NCBI RefSeq assembly: GCF_052425735.1
Contig: NC_135769.1
Coordinates: 24,180,001-24,244,000, forward strand
Length of the DNA: 64,000 bases
Direction of reading: 5' to 3'
Source of the DNA: Oculina patagonica
Lineage: Eukaryota
Positions 12,364 through 27,389 of this stretch are shown here, in pieces; positions within the stretch are counted from its first letter, which is position 1, and the number at the start of each line of letters is the position of its first letter. A program made the position numbers and the translations under genes. The notes below the pieces were generated by a model. It was not told the DNA's origin. It did not search any database and saw only the letters and a list, made by a program, of their open reading frames with translations.

Positions 12364-14380
12364 AAGAAACTACAGAACAGATTGATATTTTACAGAGCTT
12401 ACAACGTGGAAGAAGAAAACGAACATTCACTAAGCGAATTTCAGCTCTCCGGCTCTCATTCCAGCTCTCCAGTAGCAAATTATCTTTACATGTAATAAAC
12501 TGTTTTCCCAGTTAAAAGACAAAAGTACAGGAAAAGTGAAACCAGCTGAGTACTCGACTCGAATCCTTCACTTGTTTCTTTTCTCTTTTTTTGGCCCAAC
12601 AGACCAACCCACTTTCACGAGGGACCTGGCGATGGGAACGCTACTTTTTAAGGAGATTTCCTTAGCTAGTGAGATCGCCGATCGACCTTTTTTACAGTGA
12701 TAAAATCATTCTAACAAAAACAGCTTCATGCGTTAACGCAGTAAACCGCCGGGTTGTTCCGCGTTTAGCTATATTGCTAACGAAACCATTCTTTCGGATC
12801 CATGCGAGTTCACTGTAATATTGGCGAACGATAAGTGGGTGTCCTGTCCGCTCGGTGCACTTCTTGCTACTGTGGCTCACTGACTACTTTGCCAAGTAAC
12901 TTTGTTTAAGCTTAAGGGAAACAAATTCTTGCCGTGATCGTTTCTCATATTTTCTCTTCACTCTGTGGTTTCTCACGCTTTATATGATACAAATTTCATT
13001 TCGTTTTGAATATTTTAACACCTTAATTTTTTTAGGTAATGTTTAACAAATGAGCAGCAGAAAATCAAGTTTGAAACACGAGGCGCAGACTTGATAAAAC
13101 ACGGCTTAAAAATCTTCTGATGTAGATCAACTCATTCTTGCACTAATATTTACATTTGGGGTTATTTTGGCCCGAAAAAATTGGACGTAAAGTTTAGCCG
13201 TGTCTTTATCAGATATAATTTCCTTTATGAATTATTAATGAGTATTTTAAACAAAATGCATGAACTACAGGGAGCAAAACCGTGAAAATTTGACAGGTGC
13301 AATGTGCTTATAACACTCTGAGTTACAATACTATTTGATCTACTTAAAAACCAATTTATGTTCAATATTGTAATATCTCCCGATCTCTTCAGGATTTATA
13401 ATTTTACGAGGGTAAAATAGTAAAATTCTCGTCACGTTTTAAAAAAAGCTGTGACATCTTTTGCTCGGTGAAAGGGAGCTCCTATTAGTTCAATATTGGT
13501 TTGGTCTCAGGCCTCGTCCACACGTATCCATTTTTATTTAAAACGTTTCCCTTTTCCGTTTTTCAACACGCATCGTTTTCGCCCGTACATAAATTTCCGT
13601 TGCTAAACGGACATTTTTTATACGGATTGGCCTTGAATCATTCTAAAATTATCCCTGTTACATGTTTTGCTCGGTGGAAAGAACTCTTTCTAGTTTAACT
13701 TGGCCTAAGGCCCAATCCACACGTATCCATTTAAAATTGAAAACGTTTCTTTTTTAATTTCGATTTTTTAACATGTACCGTTTCCGCCCGTCCACAAATT
13801 TTGCTGGGTTGCTAAACAGATATTTGTTTATGTGGATTGGCCTTAGCTTGAGTCATTCTGAAATTAAACTCCCCGTCTCTTTCTCTAAAATCTATGTTTT
13901 GTCGACAAAGCCGCTTCTCCCAGCACTTTTACACATAGCAGTGTTACTTAAAACCTCCGAGGTCTTCCTTGTGGATCTCTGTTGAGTTGTTTAACGCTTT
14001 GATTTTCGAGACCGGATAAATTTAACATAAGATATGCTTTAGGTCTCAAAAAGGCAAGGTGGCAGTGAAACATTCTATTCCGACATGAGACATCATCGTT
14101 TTCACTGTCCACACGAAAACAGAAAACCAGCGTTTTCAAACATTTCCACTCTGGAGAGTTTTTCCTGTCCCAGTTTTCACCGGATACGTGTGGATTTTGG
14201 CCAATCCGCAAATAAAACGTTTTCCGGCAAAACGAAAACGGATACGTGTGTATGGGGCCTTAAACGTTAATTTCGAGTCCTGAATACCCTGACACGAGTG
14301 ATTGCAGTAAAAATACAACCTGAATTCGTTGTCTAAAGTTTCCTTTGCCAAGATCGCACCAAAATAACCTTAACTGAATA

Positions 14381-14769
14381 CCGTAAGGTTACTATTGTTG
14401 GCGTTTACTAATTATTTTTTAGCGACTTTAGCGAGCTGGGCGAAAATTGATTTAATACTCGTCAAATTTAAGCGCCCTACCCACCCCAAAGGGAAACGAA
14501 ATTAAACAAAGTCGACTTGAAAAATTCTGTAAAAATGGATGCCAGTAACTTTTTTCCTTTTGGAAATGCAAATGTTCATTCAATTTCAAGTGAGTTTCTT
14601 CTTTTACTGAACATTTATTTCCATCTTAGCTATATGTTCATTCAAAACTTGTTTACACGATATCACTAATTTTTCAAAATTTTAGGAAAATCGCTAAATC
14701 AAATAGTCGCTAAAACTTGCTCAGAAAAATCCCTAAAATTAGTAGCCGCTAACGATATTTACCTTACGG
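14381..14769. mobile_element. TA-flanked MITE (Tc1/mariner-pogo-like)
   Basis: Imperfect TIR with CCGTAAGGT...ACCTTACGG ends and TA TSD. Confidence 0.65.
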
Positions 14770-15151
14770 TATTTCATTCATTCTTGGAAAATTGCACAAT
14801 CAGTGGAACCACAGGCAGCCCAAGCTTAAGCTGTGAGTGAGCGAAAATCATATTACAGGAAGTAATAGAGGGCGCGGCGAAAATATTACACAGTGCTATC
14901 TTTTGGAAAATAAGAATACACAAAGATTTTCAATAAACTTGTGCTTTTACTTACTTCCATGCTGAAGAAAGAATCCACTGTCCCAGTTGGCTTCAAAGTT
15001 CAGCTGTCAGCAGTAGTCAAATCCCTCTTATTTTTTAAATAAAAACTAAGAAAAGTTTCACTATTATTGTGTGAAAACTTTGTTTATAAAAAAACTTACA
15101 GTTTCAAGACCAGACTAACTGGCCAAATTAGTAGCGCTTGAAAAAATGAGG

Positions 15152-16233
15152 TTAACGTGCCCCCCTGCTGAGAAGATAGTTCACAGCTTCAGCATGACCA
15201 CCAGCTGCCGCGATCGTCAACGGAGTGTCACCATTGTTATCTTTTGAATTGATGTCAAGACCACGTGATAACATTGTCTCGATGATGGCGACATTACCAC
15301 CCATCGAAGCTTTGTGAAGTAAATTTCTTCCATTCTTGCTTGTCAGAGACAGGTCTGCTCCTTTGTCTAAAAGATAGTTTACGGCCTCCATCTTGCCAAG
15401 GAAAGCAGCAATCATTAATGGAGTGTTACCATCACTATCTTTTGAATTGATGTCAAGACCACGTGATAGCATTGTCTCGATGATGGCGACATTACCACCC
15501 TCTGAAGCATGGTGTAGTGAGTTTCTTCCATACTGCCCTGTAAGAGACAGATCGGCTCCTTTGTCTAAAAGATAGTTTACGGCCTTCATCTTGCCACTTA
15601 AAGCAGCAATCATTAACGGAGTGTTACCATTACTATTTTTTGAATTGACATCAAGACCACGTGATAGCATTGTCTTGATGATGGCGACATTACCACCCTC
15701 TGAAGCATAGTGTAGTGAGTTTCTTCCATACTGCCCTGTCAGAGACAGATCGGCTCCTTTGTCTAAAAGATAGTTTACGGCCTCCATCTTGCCTTTCCAA
15801 GCAGCAATCATTATTGGAGTGTTACCATGACTATCTTTGGAATTGACATCAAGACCACGTGATAGAATTGTCTCGATGATGGCGACATTACCACCATCTG
15901 AAGCAAAGTGTAGTGAGTTTCTTCCATACTTGCCTGTCAGTGACAGATCGGCTCCTTTGTCTAAAAGATAGTTTACGGCCTCCATCTTGCCACTTAAGGC
16001 AGCAATCATTATTGGAGTGTTACCATGACTATCTTTGGAATTGACATCAAGACCACGTGCTAACACTGTTTCGATGATGGAGACGTTACCACCCCGTACG
16101 GCTGAGTGCAGTAACTTCCAATCTTCATTTTCAGTTGACTGAGTTTCACCTTTGTCTGCATTTACACCAATAGTTGTCTGATTAATTGTTGGGACAACGG
16201 AACCTGGTGAATTGCTCTGCACTAAACCACGTC
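15152..16233 (-). CDS. Last exon of DED-ankyrin gene: about 9-10 ankyrin repeats
   Basis: Canonical ANK motifs (GNTPLMIAA..GKMEAVNYLLDKGAD; GRNSLH.A..GGNVAIIETMLSRGLDIN). Acceptor taataattag|GA at 16234/16233, phase 1. Stop TAA at 15152. Confidence 0.9.
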
Positions 16234-19200
16234 CTAATTATTAAAAACAAAAAAGGAAATGAGCAACGTCTTAGAGCCTAGATGAAAATGTTTCATTAAA
16301 CCCGCCTCTAAATACTTGCATTTGTTGTTAAATTGCATTTCCCGTTGCTTGATTAAGTGTTTCTACCACGAAATTATAGGAGCTACCTTTGTTACATATT
16401 TTCCCGGCCAGAAACTTAATTTCGCGAAAGTGAAAGAAGCAAATTTCGCGAGACCCAAAATTTGTGATTTGGCAGAAAAATCGACTTAAAAGAAATTTTG
16501 TGACATATTTTACCAAAGAGGGATACAAAGGAATATAGCCTCAGAATCAGCGTAACAGATTTTAAACCCACATCTTACGATAACATTGAACAGAACGGTA
16601 ACAAAATAAAACATCAAACAGGTTGAAATGTGCAATTGCGGCCCGGGAGAAGGGAACTCCCATATATGGCCTATATAGGTATGTGCCGCGGGATAGGGTA
16701 TGGTTTTTTGAGGTTCTCGGTCCTTTAATGGGGTATCATTTTTGCTCCTTTTGGCATTGTGATCCCGGTGTGATCCTTAGATAGGGTACCTACATTCTAT
16801 CAGCTAAAATAAACGCCCAGCTTAAATCTGAACTTTCTGTTCAAGTATTAGTAAGTGATTTTATAAAGATTTGTGTTTTGCCGTGCATAGTTAGCCGTTA
16901 TTTGGGTTGTCATGGAACGCTTCTCCTCCCCTTGAATAGGGTGTCATTTTTCGGGTTTGGGATTTAAAAATAGTATTAACTTTCGCTTTCTTTCTCCTAA
17001 AATAGGGTCAGGGTTTAAGAACCTTCGCAGCACCCCTATCCAAAATTTATGGGAGTACCCACCCCAGGAATTGCGACAACAGACACCTTTAAGTCCCACG
17101 AAAATAAGCAACAATAAGATATGCCACTGATGGTGTAACTTAAAAAAAGCCCAAACAGCCAATTTTTCATGTTTGCCACTCGTAACCTGTCTTTATCTCA
17201 CTGTTATTTATCCTTGATTATTTTCAGTTAAATATTACTTTTTTGGTGTGTTTTTTTTACATTAACAATCATCATTGCAAGGTTCCCTTTAATTTGAAAG
17301 GAATATTGTGAATCAAAAAATGACTTAAAATATTGTGACAGCTTGTTTAATAAAAAAAAAACCTGTTAACTAATAAATCGGTTTAATTTTCCCTCTGGCA
17401 ACTTGAACAAAACAAGTTGACTTTAACTTTGTTGATTTATTTACTGATAGTAAAATTATAGAGCTCCAACCTCCCTACGTACTAAGCGCTCTACATTTAA
17501 ACATTTAGACTGGCAAGGCCAGACATCAAATGCGAGGGCGCAGAGGGCCTCACTTGTTTGCCTGCCAAAAAGACAGGAGGGTGGGGTCGCCCACTACCTC
17601 AACTATTACAACAATGCCCCTTGCTCAAATATGCAATAGTATTTATAATGGGCGAATGAAAACAGAGATCCCAGACAGGTAGTGGTTTACTGGGAGGGTG
17701 GGGTGCCCCTTCCTAGTTGTATGACTGGTCAACAAGGGTAATTTGCAGGCATATTGTAAAACAGGAGTGGATTGAACTGGACTAGACTGGATTTGTAAAA
17801 CATGGATTTAATTGTAAAGGGTGGATTTGTAAAACAATTTCATTTTGGCCTTTACCGAAGAAAACAGTGAATGCATAAACTTAAGCCTGAGATGCTCGCC
17901 TTCACAAGTGTGTTACCAAATTTTTAGATCTGCTTCCAAAAAGAGTTATAATAATTCAAAGCTCGGCGACATGCTTTTCTTGGATGGAAATAGTGTTAAG
18001 CTCTTAGATTTTTAAAATAAAATAAAAAACAAATTCGAAATAGCCCGGAACACTTCTTACTCTGGAAGGGAAGCCTAAAGTATCATTAGGTTAAATTTTA
18101 TGGTTCTACGATAAATTTAAATTCGCTCAAAGAAGACAAATTCTAGAAAATTTAAACCAACACGTTCTAAAAGTGTTGTTCTGAATTGTCACCTAAACAC
18201 ACCAGTCAGCTTGTATCAATATGCTGTACCGTTTACTGGCATAAGACTACCTGAGCTAACAGCCATAATTTCTTTATTATCTACAGTCGAACCCTTGTAA
18301 CTTGAACTCCCTCGCTAACTCAAACTAAAAGTCCCATTTCCCTTGTATTTGATCCCACTTTTCAGTAATTTTTACTCGTTATACTCAAACTCGGATAACT
18401 TGAATTCCCCGTTAACTCAAACTAAATTCTCTATCCCTTGATCACAAGTAACCCTGATAACTTGACTCCTGGTCTATGCAACTTGCCATGGATGCTCCGT
18501 GAAACATCCCATCTAGCTCTTCTTGCTGTGTAATGATCTGAATTTAACACCAAAACTAACACTACAGCAACTTGATTATAATAAGTGCAACAAACAGATT
18601 ATGTATGACAGTCATTTCCTGATCTTATGAGTCAAACATACATGGCAAATTAAAATATTCAATCGACCCTAAGTACTTAAACACCCACTAACATGTACTT
18701 ACCGGGTAGACTGTAAAACAGTCATTTTTACTCTAAAGTCGTTGGAAAAAGTGCTTATCAAAGGCGTGAAGCGCCAAACGTTGAGGTGCGAAGCACTGAT
18801 CATCTCGCGAGCCTCGCACACCCGTCTCTCCCCAGTCTCACTTACAGTTTTGGCATTGGCTCCAGACCTCTCGCTCACTTTCAAAGACCGAGCGCGTTCA
18901 CAAAAGATATGACTGTTTTGCACGTCTACCACTTACTCAAAATGGTTTTCATTTCCCAGCTACCCAGCAAGTTACCAGCAGGGTTCTACTGTATTTACAA
19001 CGTTTTTCTTTTGTCATCGCAAAACATATGATTACAAATCAATTAAGCGTCCAATGTGTTTTATGAAGACTAGGATGCATTTCAAGGACAAGAAAAAGTT
19101 ACATTAAGCCACATCCTACTTAGCCTGCAAATAGTCTGAGCCATTAGTGACCTCTAATCACCCATGGCCAAACCAGTTGGATCTCACTACCCAAGCTATA

Positions 19201-19888
19201 TATTTAACAATATTCACCGAAGTGGAGGTGAATAGTGGTGGATATTCACCGAGCCGCAAAGTGTGCGTGGTAAATATCCACTTCATTCACCAACACTGAG
19301 GTAAATAATTGTTTTAGTATGTACTATACAAGTTATAACTAGGGAACCAAAACATCACTTTCGGTAAACAAAGCTATGCGCCAAAGGCAGTTTGTTTCTC
19401 TTTAGCTGCTCGGAGGTGAATAGTACTTTGCTAACAAATCACCTCCGAGTCAACCAATCAGCGTGTGCGAAAAGCACTATTCACTTGTGTGGCATAAACT
19501 GGTACTAAATTTATATAGATGTTGCTATTTGTTCATATAATTATCTCATGTATAATGAAAATATGAGGAATATTCGCAACAATGCCTGAGCAAAATCAAT
19601 AAAACTCAAATAAATGCAAATGTTAAACCAGCAATCAACACGCTGAGCAATTACGCTTGTCTGCAACTTTTCTCTTGTAGTGAATTGCTGCAGGATGATA
19701 CTTTCTGGCATTTAATACCCAGGAGGACTGGTTAAGCGGACAGTTTGACACCTTTGGATAATGATTTTTGTGTCAACAAAAAATAAAGATTTGCAGGAGT
19801 TTTAATTCTCTGCTACTAAAAGGATTAACTAGGTTTTTTTTGTTCACTAAGAATCAAACTTTTGAAAAATTTCACCCATGAACCTAAC

Positions 19889-20779
19889 CAGCCTGTGTAC
19901 GGCTGTCCCGCTTCCCTCAAAAAAATCGGAGAGGGAAGAACGTCTTTGTTTTGGCGACGTTAATCGTGTTCCAGTATCCTGCTGTTATCGATTTAAATTT
20001 CACATAAATTATTATATTGGATATCCGGATGACCGAATTTGAATCATGCGGTTCCAAATATATCACAACAAACACGAGAGATAAAACATCATCGAGCTCA
20101 AGAGACAAAGTGCTAGATCAATAAAATGCAAGAAGCATAACGTTTACAGCACAAAATCAAGTAACCAACCTTCTTCGTTCTCCAAGTAAAGCTACAACAG
20201 TTTTCGGCAGAGCCAGACACTGTCATTCGTACAATACATTGTGCAACAGTATTAGTTAACGGCCGGGCCCGGAATCACAATTATTAAATCCAAGAAGTCA
20301 ATCGCCTTCACGGATAAATTTAAGAACTTCTCCTTCCAAACCAAACATTTTTAATCGAAATGAGCCAAAACAAACCGCACTAACGAGAGATGTGGCAAAT
20401 TTTAGAGGTTTCAAACTACAGCGTAGAAATTTTTGAGACCACGGTCTTCACCAAACTACGACTCTTTCCAATTACAACTTGTCCTGGTTTAAATAATACG
20501 TACTGCATATCATTTATTATTGTGCCCTTCAGAAACAAGTGAGACGCAAGGTTGTAAAGGTCGAATGTTCGCCGCATGCTGAAATAATTTGGAATGTCAG
20601 AAGCTATCACCTGCATAAATTAAAGGCAATTATGAATAGTTTTTGTGTAAGGGCCAATCAGATCATTTTCCACACATTCCGGGAAAACCACCCACCGCGG
20701 AACACGATTAATGTCGCCAAAACACAGACGTTCCCTCCCCGATTTTTTTGAGGGGAGCAGGACGGCTGTACACAGGCTA
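19889..20779. mobile_element. Non-autonomous TIR element with 9-bp TSD
   Basis: About 85-bp imperfect TIR (AGCCTGTGTAC...GTACACAGGCTA). TSD GAACCTAAC at 19880-19888 and 20780-20788. Confidence 0.8.
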
Positions 20780-22265
20780 GAACCTAACCATGTTCAAGTT
20801 TTTGTTGCAATGAAAGTTAATGCATGTTAATCGCAATTAATAGCGGGAAACTGAGTAATGTCCTACAAATCCACCTTCAACAAGTGCATGTTCTACCGAT
20901 CCAGTCCAGTCCATTCTAATCCACTCTGAATGCTTTTTTACAATATGCATAATTTGTAAACATGAAATGCAGTGAACCTTTTAATAGCGGAGCGCAGAGC
21001 AGAGCCCCATACGCATAGAAAATTAACAGACCCATATTGCTTTTGGTTTTTCATGATCATCATGGCTAGCGGCATGGATCGCTGGCGCGTGGGACTAGCG
21101 ACGACGTCGCCCCAACATGGCGGCCATACTCTAGAAATCGGTAATTATTATGGTTAATGCCAGCTTACATCTTTGATATTAGACATCCATGTCATGGTCA
21201 ATTGACAGCTGTCAAAACAAGGTATCCACTGACCACTGGCTCACATATAGAACTCACCCTGGTCGAACGATTTTTTGAAGTTTACCGCTGACCAAGTAAT
21301 GGTTTACATTGGATCGTGGGCTCAAGTGTTTTATTTTTTCTGTTATCAGTCAGTAAATACGGATTTTCGAAAAAGCGAAGTTAATAACTGTAGAGCTCCG
21401 CTTTTAGGCTTGGCTAAATCTATTTAATATTATGTACATTTTTAAATAAATGATGAAAAATGGAAAGTTATATTTTAATATCCTTTAAACATTTTGGTAC
21501 CATTTGAACTGGTCAAACAAACAGCTTTAATCTATTCTTGTGTAGAGTCATATGCAGTGTTCTAATTGCAAACCCTTGCATTAATTAAGTTAGTTTAAAT
21601 TCCTCCTCATCTGAGGCCACGAGATCAGCCTTAAGCTAGGTTACTATTTTTATGCAGCAAATTTACGAGGTAGAGGCTCAAATGTTGTGCAGCCCCCATA
21701 TAACAACCTTCTCATGCACAACTCCTTCCTGTATTTAATTGCTCACTTGTGGAATCAGTTGCCAGCTAACCCTTAATCCTCGACCATCTTGGCACATTTT
21801 CGAGCTAGTTTAAATGGCATGAAGTTTGCTGGGTGCCAGTGTACGTATGAACTGTATATAGTTTTATCTTGATTTTTTTGTACATATATATATTATTATG
21901 CTTCTTGTGCAAACTTAAACCTTTAAATTTTTAATATTAGAATTAGTTGCTTTCATATTTTAATTCTATATTAATATTAGCATCTCTTTTTAAAATATTC
22001 TATTAAATTCTATTTAATGATTTTAATGTAATATAGTAATGTAAGTAATTTTATTGTAAATATAGTCATGCATTTTTAACATGAGCCCCTGGCTCGGGTA
22101 ATTGGGCAACCACCTATAATACCTATAAATAGCTTAATAGCTAAAATTAAATATAATGAGGTTGCCCAAAAAAAATAATCTTAGATAACACAATTATAAT
22201 AATTATATAATACATTTGTATAGAAAGAACTAAAGAAAAATATTTCAAAAAGGCATGCACTTATA

Positions 22266-23258
22266 CATCCTCGGATACCCAGGGGCAGTTAGTGGGGGCG
22301 ACGTGCAGCTTATCGGGACAACGGGATTTTCGGGCGAAAGTTTACAACATAGAGCGTAACAGCCCCTGGGCACTTTGTCTTACCGAACCAGTTCCAGAAG
22401 CGTTTGAACTCCTTCCTCCTGATTGGCCACAAAAATATTTTTGTGGCCAATCAGCGAGGTTGACCAGAAGAGCGACTCTGCATGACGTCTTCTTACACGA
22501 AGTTGTTTTCCTCATAGACTCGTCGTTGTTGTTAATCCCGTCCATCGGATGATACTACGTGGGTCTCAGATAAAAAAGCAAAACAAAAACCAAAACAACG
22601 AGGCCTGGGAATATGTTAAATGTAGCATAGCGCAAGGAAACCAAAAGTTTTTAAAGCTATACGCGAGCACCTCTTGTTTATAAGTTTTGTTTTTGTTATT
22701 TAAATATCCAACAAATTAAACAAAAACCCTTTGTTTTAACTGTCAAGCTGGCAACAAAATAACAATAGGTGACGACAGCGATATCTTCGCTAACGCGTGG
22801 CCCGTGCAGTGAAGTACCCAGACCGTGGCAAGTTCCAGAAGTCGGGCAACGACCGAGAAAAATAATAAGAATTGTTGTTTACTTGAATAACTATTAAAAA
22901 GCGCGCAACTAACAGTGTAGAACTGGCAGTCGTCTAAGGCTTATTTTTTTCTGAGACTCTCCATGTAATAGCATCCGATTGATGGGCAGAGCATCCACGA
23001 CGAGTCTATGAGGAAAACAACTTCGTGTAAGAAGACATCAGAGTCTCCTGGCCGGTCCTCGTCTCTGATTGGCCACAAAAATATTTTTGTGGCCAATCAG
23101 GAGGAAGGAGTTCAAATGCTTCTGGAACTGTTTCGGTAAGACAAAGTGCCCAGGGGCTGTTACGCTCTATGTTGTAAACTTTCGCCCGAAAATCCCGTTG
23201 TCCCAATGATCTACCCGTCGCCCCCACTAACTGCGCTGCCCCTGGGTCTCCGAGGATG
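22266..23258. mobile_element. Long-TIR (about 285 bp) non-autonomous element with 9-bp TSD
   Basis: 22266-22550 is the inverted copy of about 22975-23258. TSD GCACTTATA at 22257-22265 and 23259-23267. Confidence 0.9.
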
Positions 23259-23317
23259 GCACTTATAGTTTTCAAAGGGTGTTGGGTAAAGAGTTACAAA
23301 CAAACAGTGAACATTAC

Positions 23318-23398
23318 CTGTTACTAACTTGTGTTTGTCAGTTTTGTCCTTTGTGTCAGTAATCTCAAGTCTTTCTACCAGTACAGCTGCACTTTCAC
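23318..23398 (-). CDS. Internal exon 3 of DED-ankyrin gene (81 bp)
   Basis: caatttag|GT GAA AGT...ACA G|gtaatg. Phase 1-1 and open. Confidence 0.7.
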
Positions 23399-24055
23399 CT
23401 AAATTGTTCAAGATAAACAGACAGTAATATCATTCATGGTGAACATTGTATAAATTATGTTGTAGATTAAACTGTTTTCCAGTTTATTTGTTTCCAACAT
23501 AGTTCAAGCAGGGCCGTACCTACGTGTAGGATTTCTTGTCTATGGGTGCAAACACCACTAAACCCCGCTGCGGGGAAAACTCAAATACAGATACAAGAAA
23601 TAGCCCAAGAAAATTAAAAAGGAGGTAAGAAATTTAGTTTTCCTGGTGGGGGCAACTGCCCCCCCCCCTGCATACCCCCCCCCCCCCGGCTGCACTCCGG
23701 CTTAGTTTAATCTCAGGACTTCAATGTAAAACTTTAGCGTGCCTTCGCATCGTATTCAGTCAAGCGAAGAGTAAAAATTGCCCTTCACTGTGATTGGTCC
23801 CCTGACCAAGGAACTCCAATTCTTTTGTTTTGAACTTGTCTTGTGATTGGCTAAAAAAACGTTGGGTGGCCTCGGTTGAGTTCGTTTCACTGTAAGTTGT
23901 ATAGAGAATAATACATGGTTGTGCAGAGATATGAAATTTATCTTCTGCTGTTTAACTCGATATCTCATGAGTAAGCTGTGCTTACTCGTGAGATAACGAT
24001 TTAAACAGCAGAAGATAAATTTGGTATCTCCACGATTTCTGCAACCATTTCACCC

Positions 24056-24360
24056 CTCGACCGATGTATCGGTCGACATATCGACCGACACTCGACCGAT
24101 GTATCGGTCGACATATCGGCCGATACTCAACCAATATGGCGACCAACATATCGACCGACACTCGGCTGATATGTCGACCAAGATATGTTGGTCGATGTGT
24201 CGGTCGAGTATCGGCCGCTATATCGATCGATGAATCGGCCGATATGTCGGTCAATACAGCACCCGACAATCGGCCGATACGTTAACCATTGTTTGTCGGT
24301 GGAATATCGGTCGACTGTCGGTGGTATATCGGTCGACTGGTGGTATATCAGTCGACGTAT
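24056..24360. repeat. CpG-rich GTCGACCGATAT-type degenerate minisatellite repeat (second copy 29990-30165)
   Basis: Quasi-palindromic TCGACCGA/TCGGTCGA units, which also generate the spurious ORFs here. Confidence 0.8.
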
Positions 24361-24776
24361 AATTAATTTTACTACAACTATCAGTTGACCAAGTTTGGTC
24401 AGCAGTTTTTAACGTTAAAATTGTGTTGTTGTCACAGGCAATGAACTCCTTTTCCAGTGGCCTTTGATGTGATAGGCAGCAATTCCACTGCACAAAAGAA
24501 CATTTCGGCAACATCATCAGTGAGGCCATTATAAAGGAATAGAAACGCGAATTAAAAAGGAGTTTGAAGTACTGTAAACTTGCATGAATGAAAAAAAGCT
24601 CAACAAAGACCGTGCGCATAGATAAATAGATAAATTCAGCTTAAGTAATCAGTGCATTTGTAAAAAGGTAAGGTCGTTAGCAAAATGTATTCCTTTTGGT
24701 TTGCATAAAAGAAAACATATTGACACCAACACTTTTACTCACTATAATTTTCTATATGTTTTTTTTTTTCTTACAG

Positions 24777-25113
24777 ACTGGGCTCGATCTCCGTTTGATA
24801 CACGCTCGCTACAACAGTGTACTTAAAAATATTGAAAAAAGGAAATTGTTCCCTCGCGCATGCTATGGAGTCATATGGCGTAGCCAGGAACACCTTGAGA
24901 GACTTCATAGGCATTTTCGAATTGAAGATAATAGACAAGAAGAAGTATAAGACCATAACTGCATTGGAGAGGGACCGTTCAGGAAAACCAGCAGTAAAAA
25001 CGATAGAGAAGAGATGCAGGGCTGCCCTTAACGAATATAAAGCACAGGCCAGAAAATACAAGGAGGATGGAAAACTACAATGGGCGTCAAAAGTCCTTGA
25101 CACAGTTGGATGA
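24777..25113 (+). pseudogene. Degraded exon-like fragment, possibly CCDC106-like and TE-associated
   Basis: Polypyrimidine acceptor ttttcttacag, then RYNSV/LKILKKGNCSLAHAMESYGVARNTLRDFIGIFELKIID with a frameshift. The family resemblance is from memory only. Confidence 0.35.
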
Positions 25114-27389
25114 AATTGATACTAATTTAAATTTCCCGTTTTTTCACCGTTAATCTACTGCCGCTTCTTAACCACTCCCCCTCCCCCTTTTCAATGTTGT
25201 ACTCAAACGAGGCAAGTCTTGCAGATAACAAATACAACATTGTTTCGGGGGGAGGGGGTTATATTGAAGGGGTGAGGGGTAAAATTTGTCTAAGGTACTC
25301 AAAAAGTGCTGACTGTCTCAACACTTTTGGCGCTCATTGTACTTCCATCTTACTTATCGGAAAGCTTTTACAAAGAGTAATACAGAAGACTATTTCTTAA
25401 CATGTACTTGTAAAGGAATTTTTATTTTTATCGTATTTTAAATGAGAACATCCTAATGGAAGTTGAGCAGACGATTTTTGAGAGACATTTAATAATTAGA
25501 GTATAATTACATTATTGATTATCCATAAACTTGTCTGTTAGAATTTGGTTAAATAAGTTGCAAATAACAATGATTATTTGTAATAAGGCGTGTGCCATAA
25601 TGGTCATGATTAATTGTACATGTAGCAGGCTGTGTGCAAGTTTACAGGAAAAATCTAATCAGTTAGCTTTATGCCAACGGTGCAAATTAAAGTGAATTTT
25701 AAGATTGTATTCAATTATTTATGTTGCCAAGGAAAGTACGAAAATGTTAAACTTTACCTCACTAGACTAATAGGCATTTGCGAATTGAAGATAATCGACA
25801 AGAAATACAAATACAAACCTACAGCAAAAATGTCCAACGTCTAATCATAAAAAACAGCAGTGAAAACGATCGAGAAAAGATTTAGGGCTGCCCTTTCCGA
25901 ATATAAAGCGTAGGGAAAATACTCTCATCTTTCCCATCCGAAAGCTTTTATAAAGAGTAATATCAAGAGCTTGGTGATTGATCATTGATTGATTATTTGT
26001 GCCTAGGTGAAAAACACATTTCATTAAGTTAAAACTATTTGTACGAGTAAGCACGGAATTATTACAATTTTACATGGCTAGCATAGGCCGATTTAGGAGA
26101 GGGGCCGAGGGGACGCGGCCTCCTGTTTCGGCCTGAAGATATCCTTTCATGTTGGTCAGTAGAGTTAATGTTATTGTTATTGTTATATCATTAAGAAAAG
26201 ACCATAAATAAATAAGATTTTGTTCATAATTTAAATGTAATAACTCGGATCAGTTCTTTTTAATGAAATAAGTAGTTTATGTCTTTTCTAGAGTTAATCT
26301 CAGCATAATGTTATTAATATTTCACGGATCGAGCAACATGATTATGTTCAACGAAATCTGATAAATTGTATATAAAAAAATTCTCCCCTCAAAAATTTTT
26401 TCGGCTGGTCAAAGTGAAAACTAGAGCCGGAAAGGATACTATCGCAGGCTAACAAAAATTACCAATATACTGTACGTTATTTTGGTCTCCCTATATAGCT
26501 ATAAGGATATATAAATGCTGCCTATCACTGAAGCTTTCTGTAAAATACTATGAAAACTCAGTCTTCGGGGAAGTCTTTTAGTAATTATACTAAGTTGATT
26601 TCAATCTCATTTATACTCCTCTTGTGCACTTCAGTTTCTTGTGGGGGGGGGGGGGGAGGAGAGGGTGGGCGCTTATTAGAGGCTGGGCGCTAATTAACTT
26701 TTCCTACCTTCAGAGTGGGCACTTATTCGAGGTGGGCGCTTATTCGAGGTTGGGCGCTTAATCGAATAAATATGGTAATTCGCTGTAAATGGTTCTCACT
26801 GCAATTGTTCTGTATTATTAAATATTCCCTATGTCAAAATTCAAAAAGACCTTTAATTAAAACATTTCGAACAGACGCAATTTACGGCTGTATTATTTTA
26901 ATGTATTAAGCGCTACGTGAAAATGACAAGAAAACGTCCTGTTCTAAGTCTATGCCATGTCTTTTAGGTAACTATATGAAAGGGGTATCCTTTTTCAGTA
27001 AAAGGTATACGAAAGGGGTACAATTCCTGTCAAAAATGGTATGTAAAAGGGTAAGGGGTCAGAGCTCAGGGCGGAGCCTCCCCGTATAAAACTTTTTTGA
27101 GTGCCCCCCCCCCCCCCCGGCATAATCAGTAAATAACATGATCGCTCTATAAACGGCATATTTTTTTTGCAATCCTTGTGCACGCGCTGAATTGCATCAG
27201 CAAAAGCGAGCACGAAAACTGTGTTCAACCACTAGGCTAATTCATGACATCACTCAACGCATACGTACAGGTAAAATTCTTGGCTCATTGGCAATTAGCG
27301 ATAGCTATAACTGGCATCTTGGATTTAATGTAGAGGTAGTGACTTTTTTCAAGAAATGATATTTAGCATCAACATTTCACCATGCATAC

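Noticed and set aside
23982-24388. Cluster of short ORFs on both strands
   Set aside because: They arise from a quasi-palindromic CpG-rich repeat.
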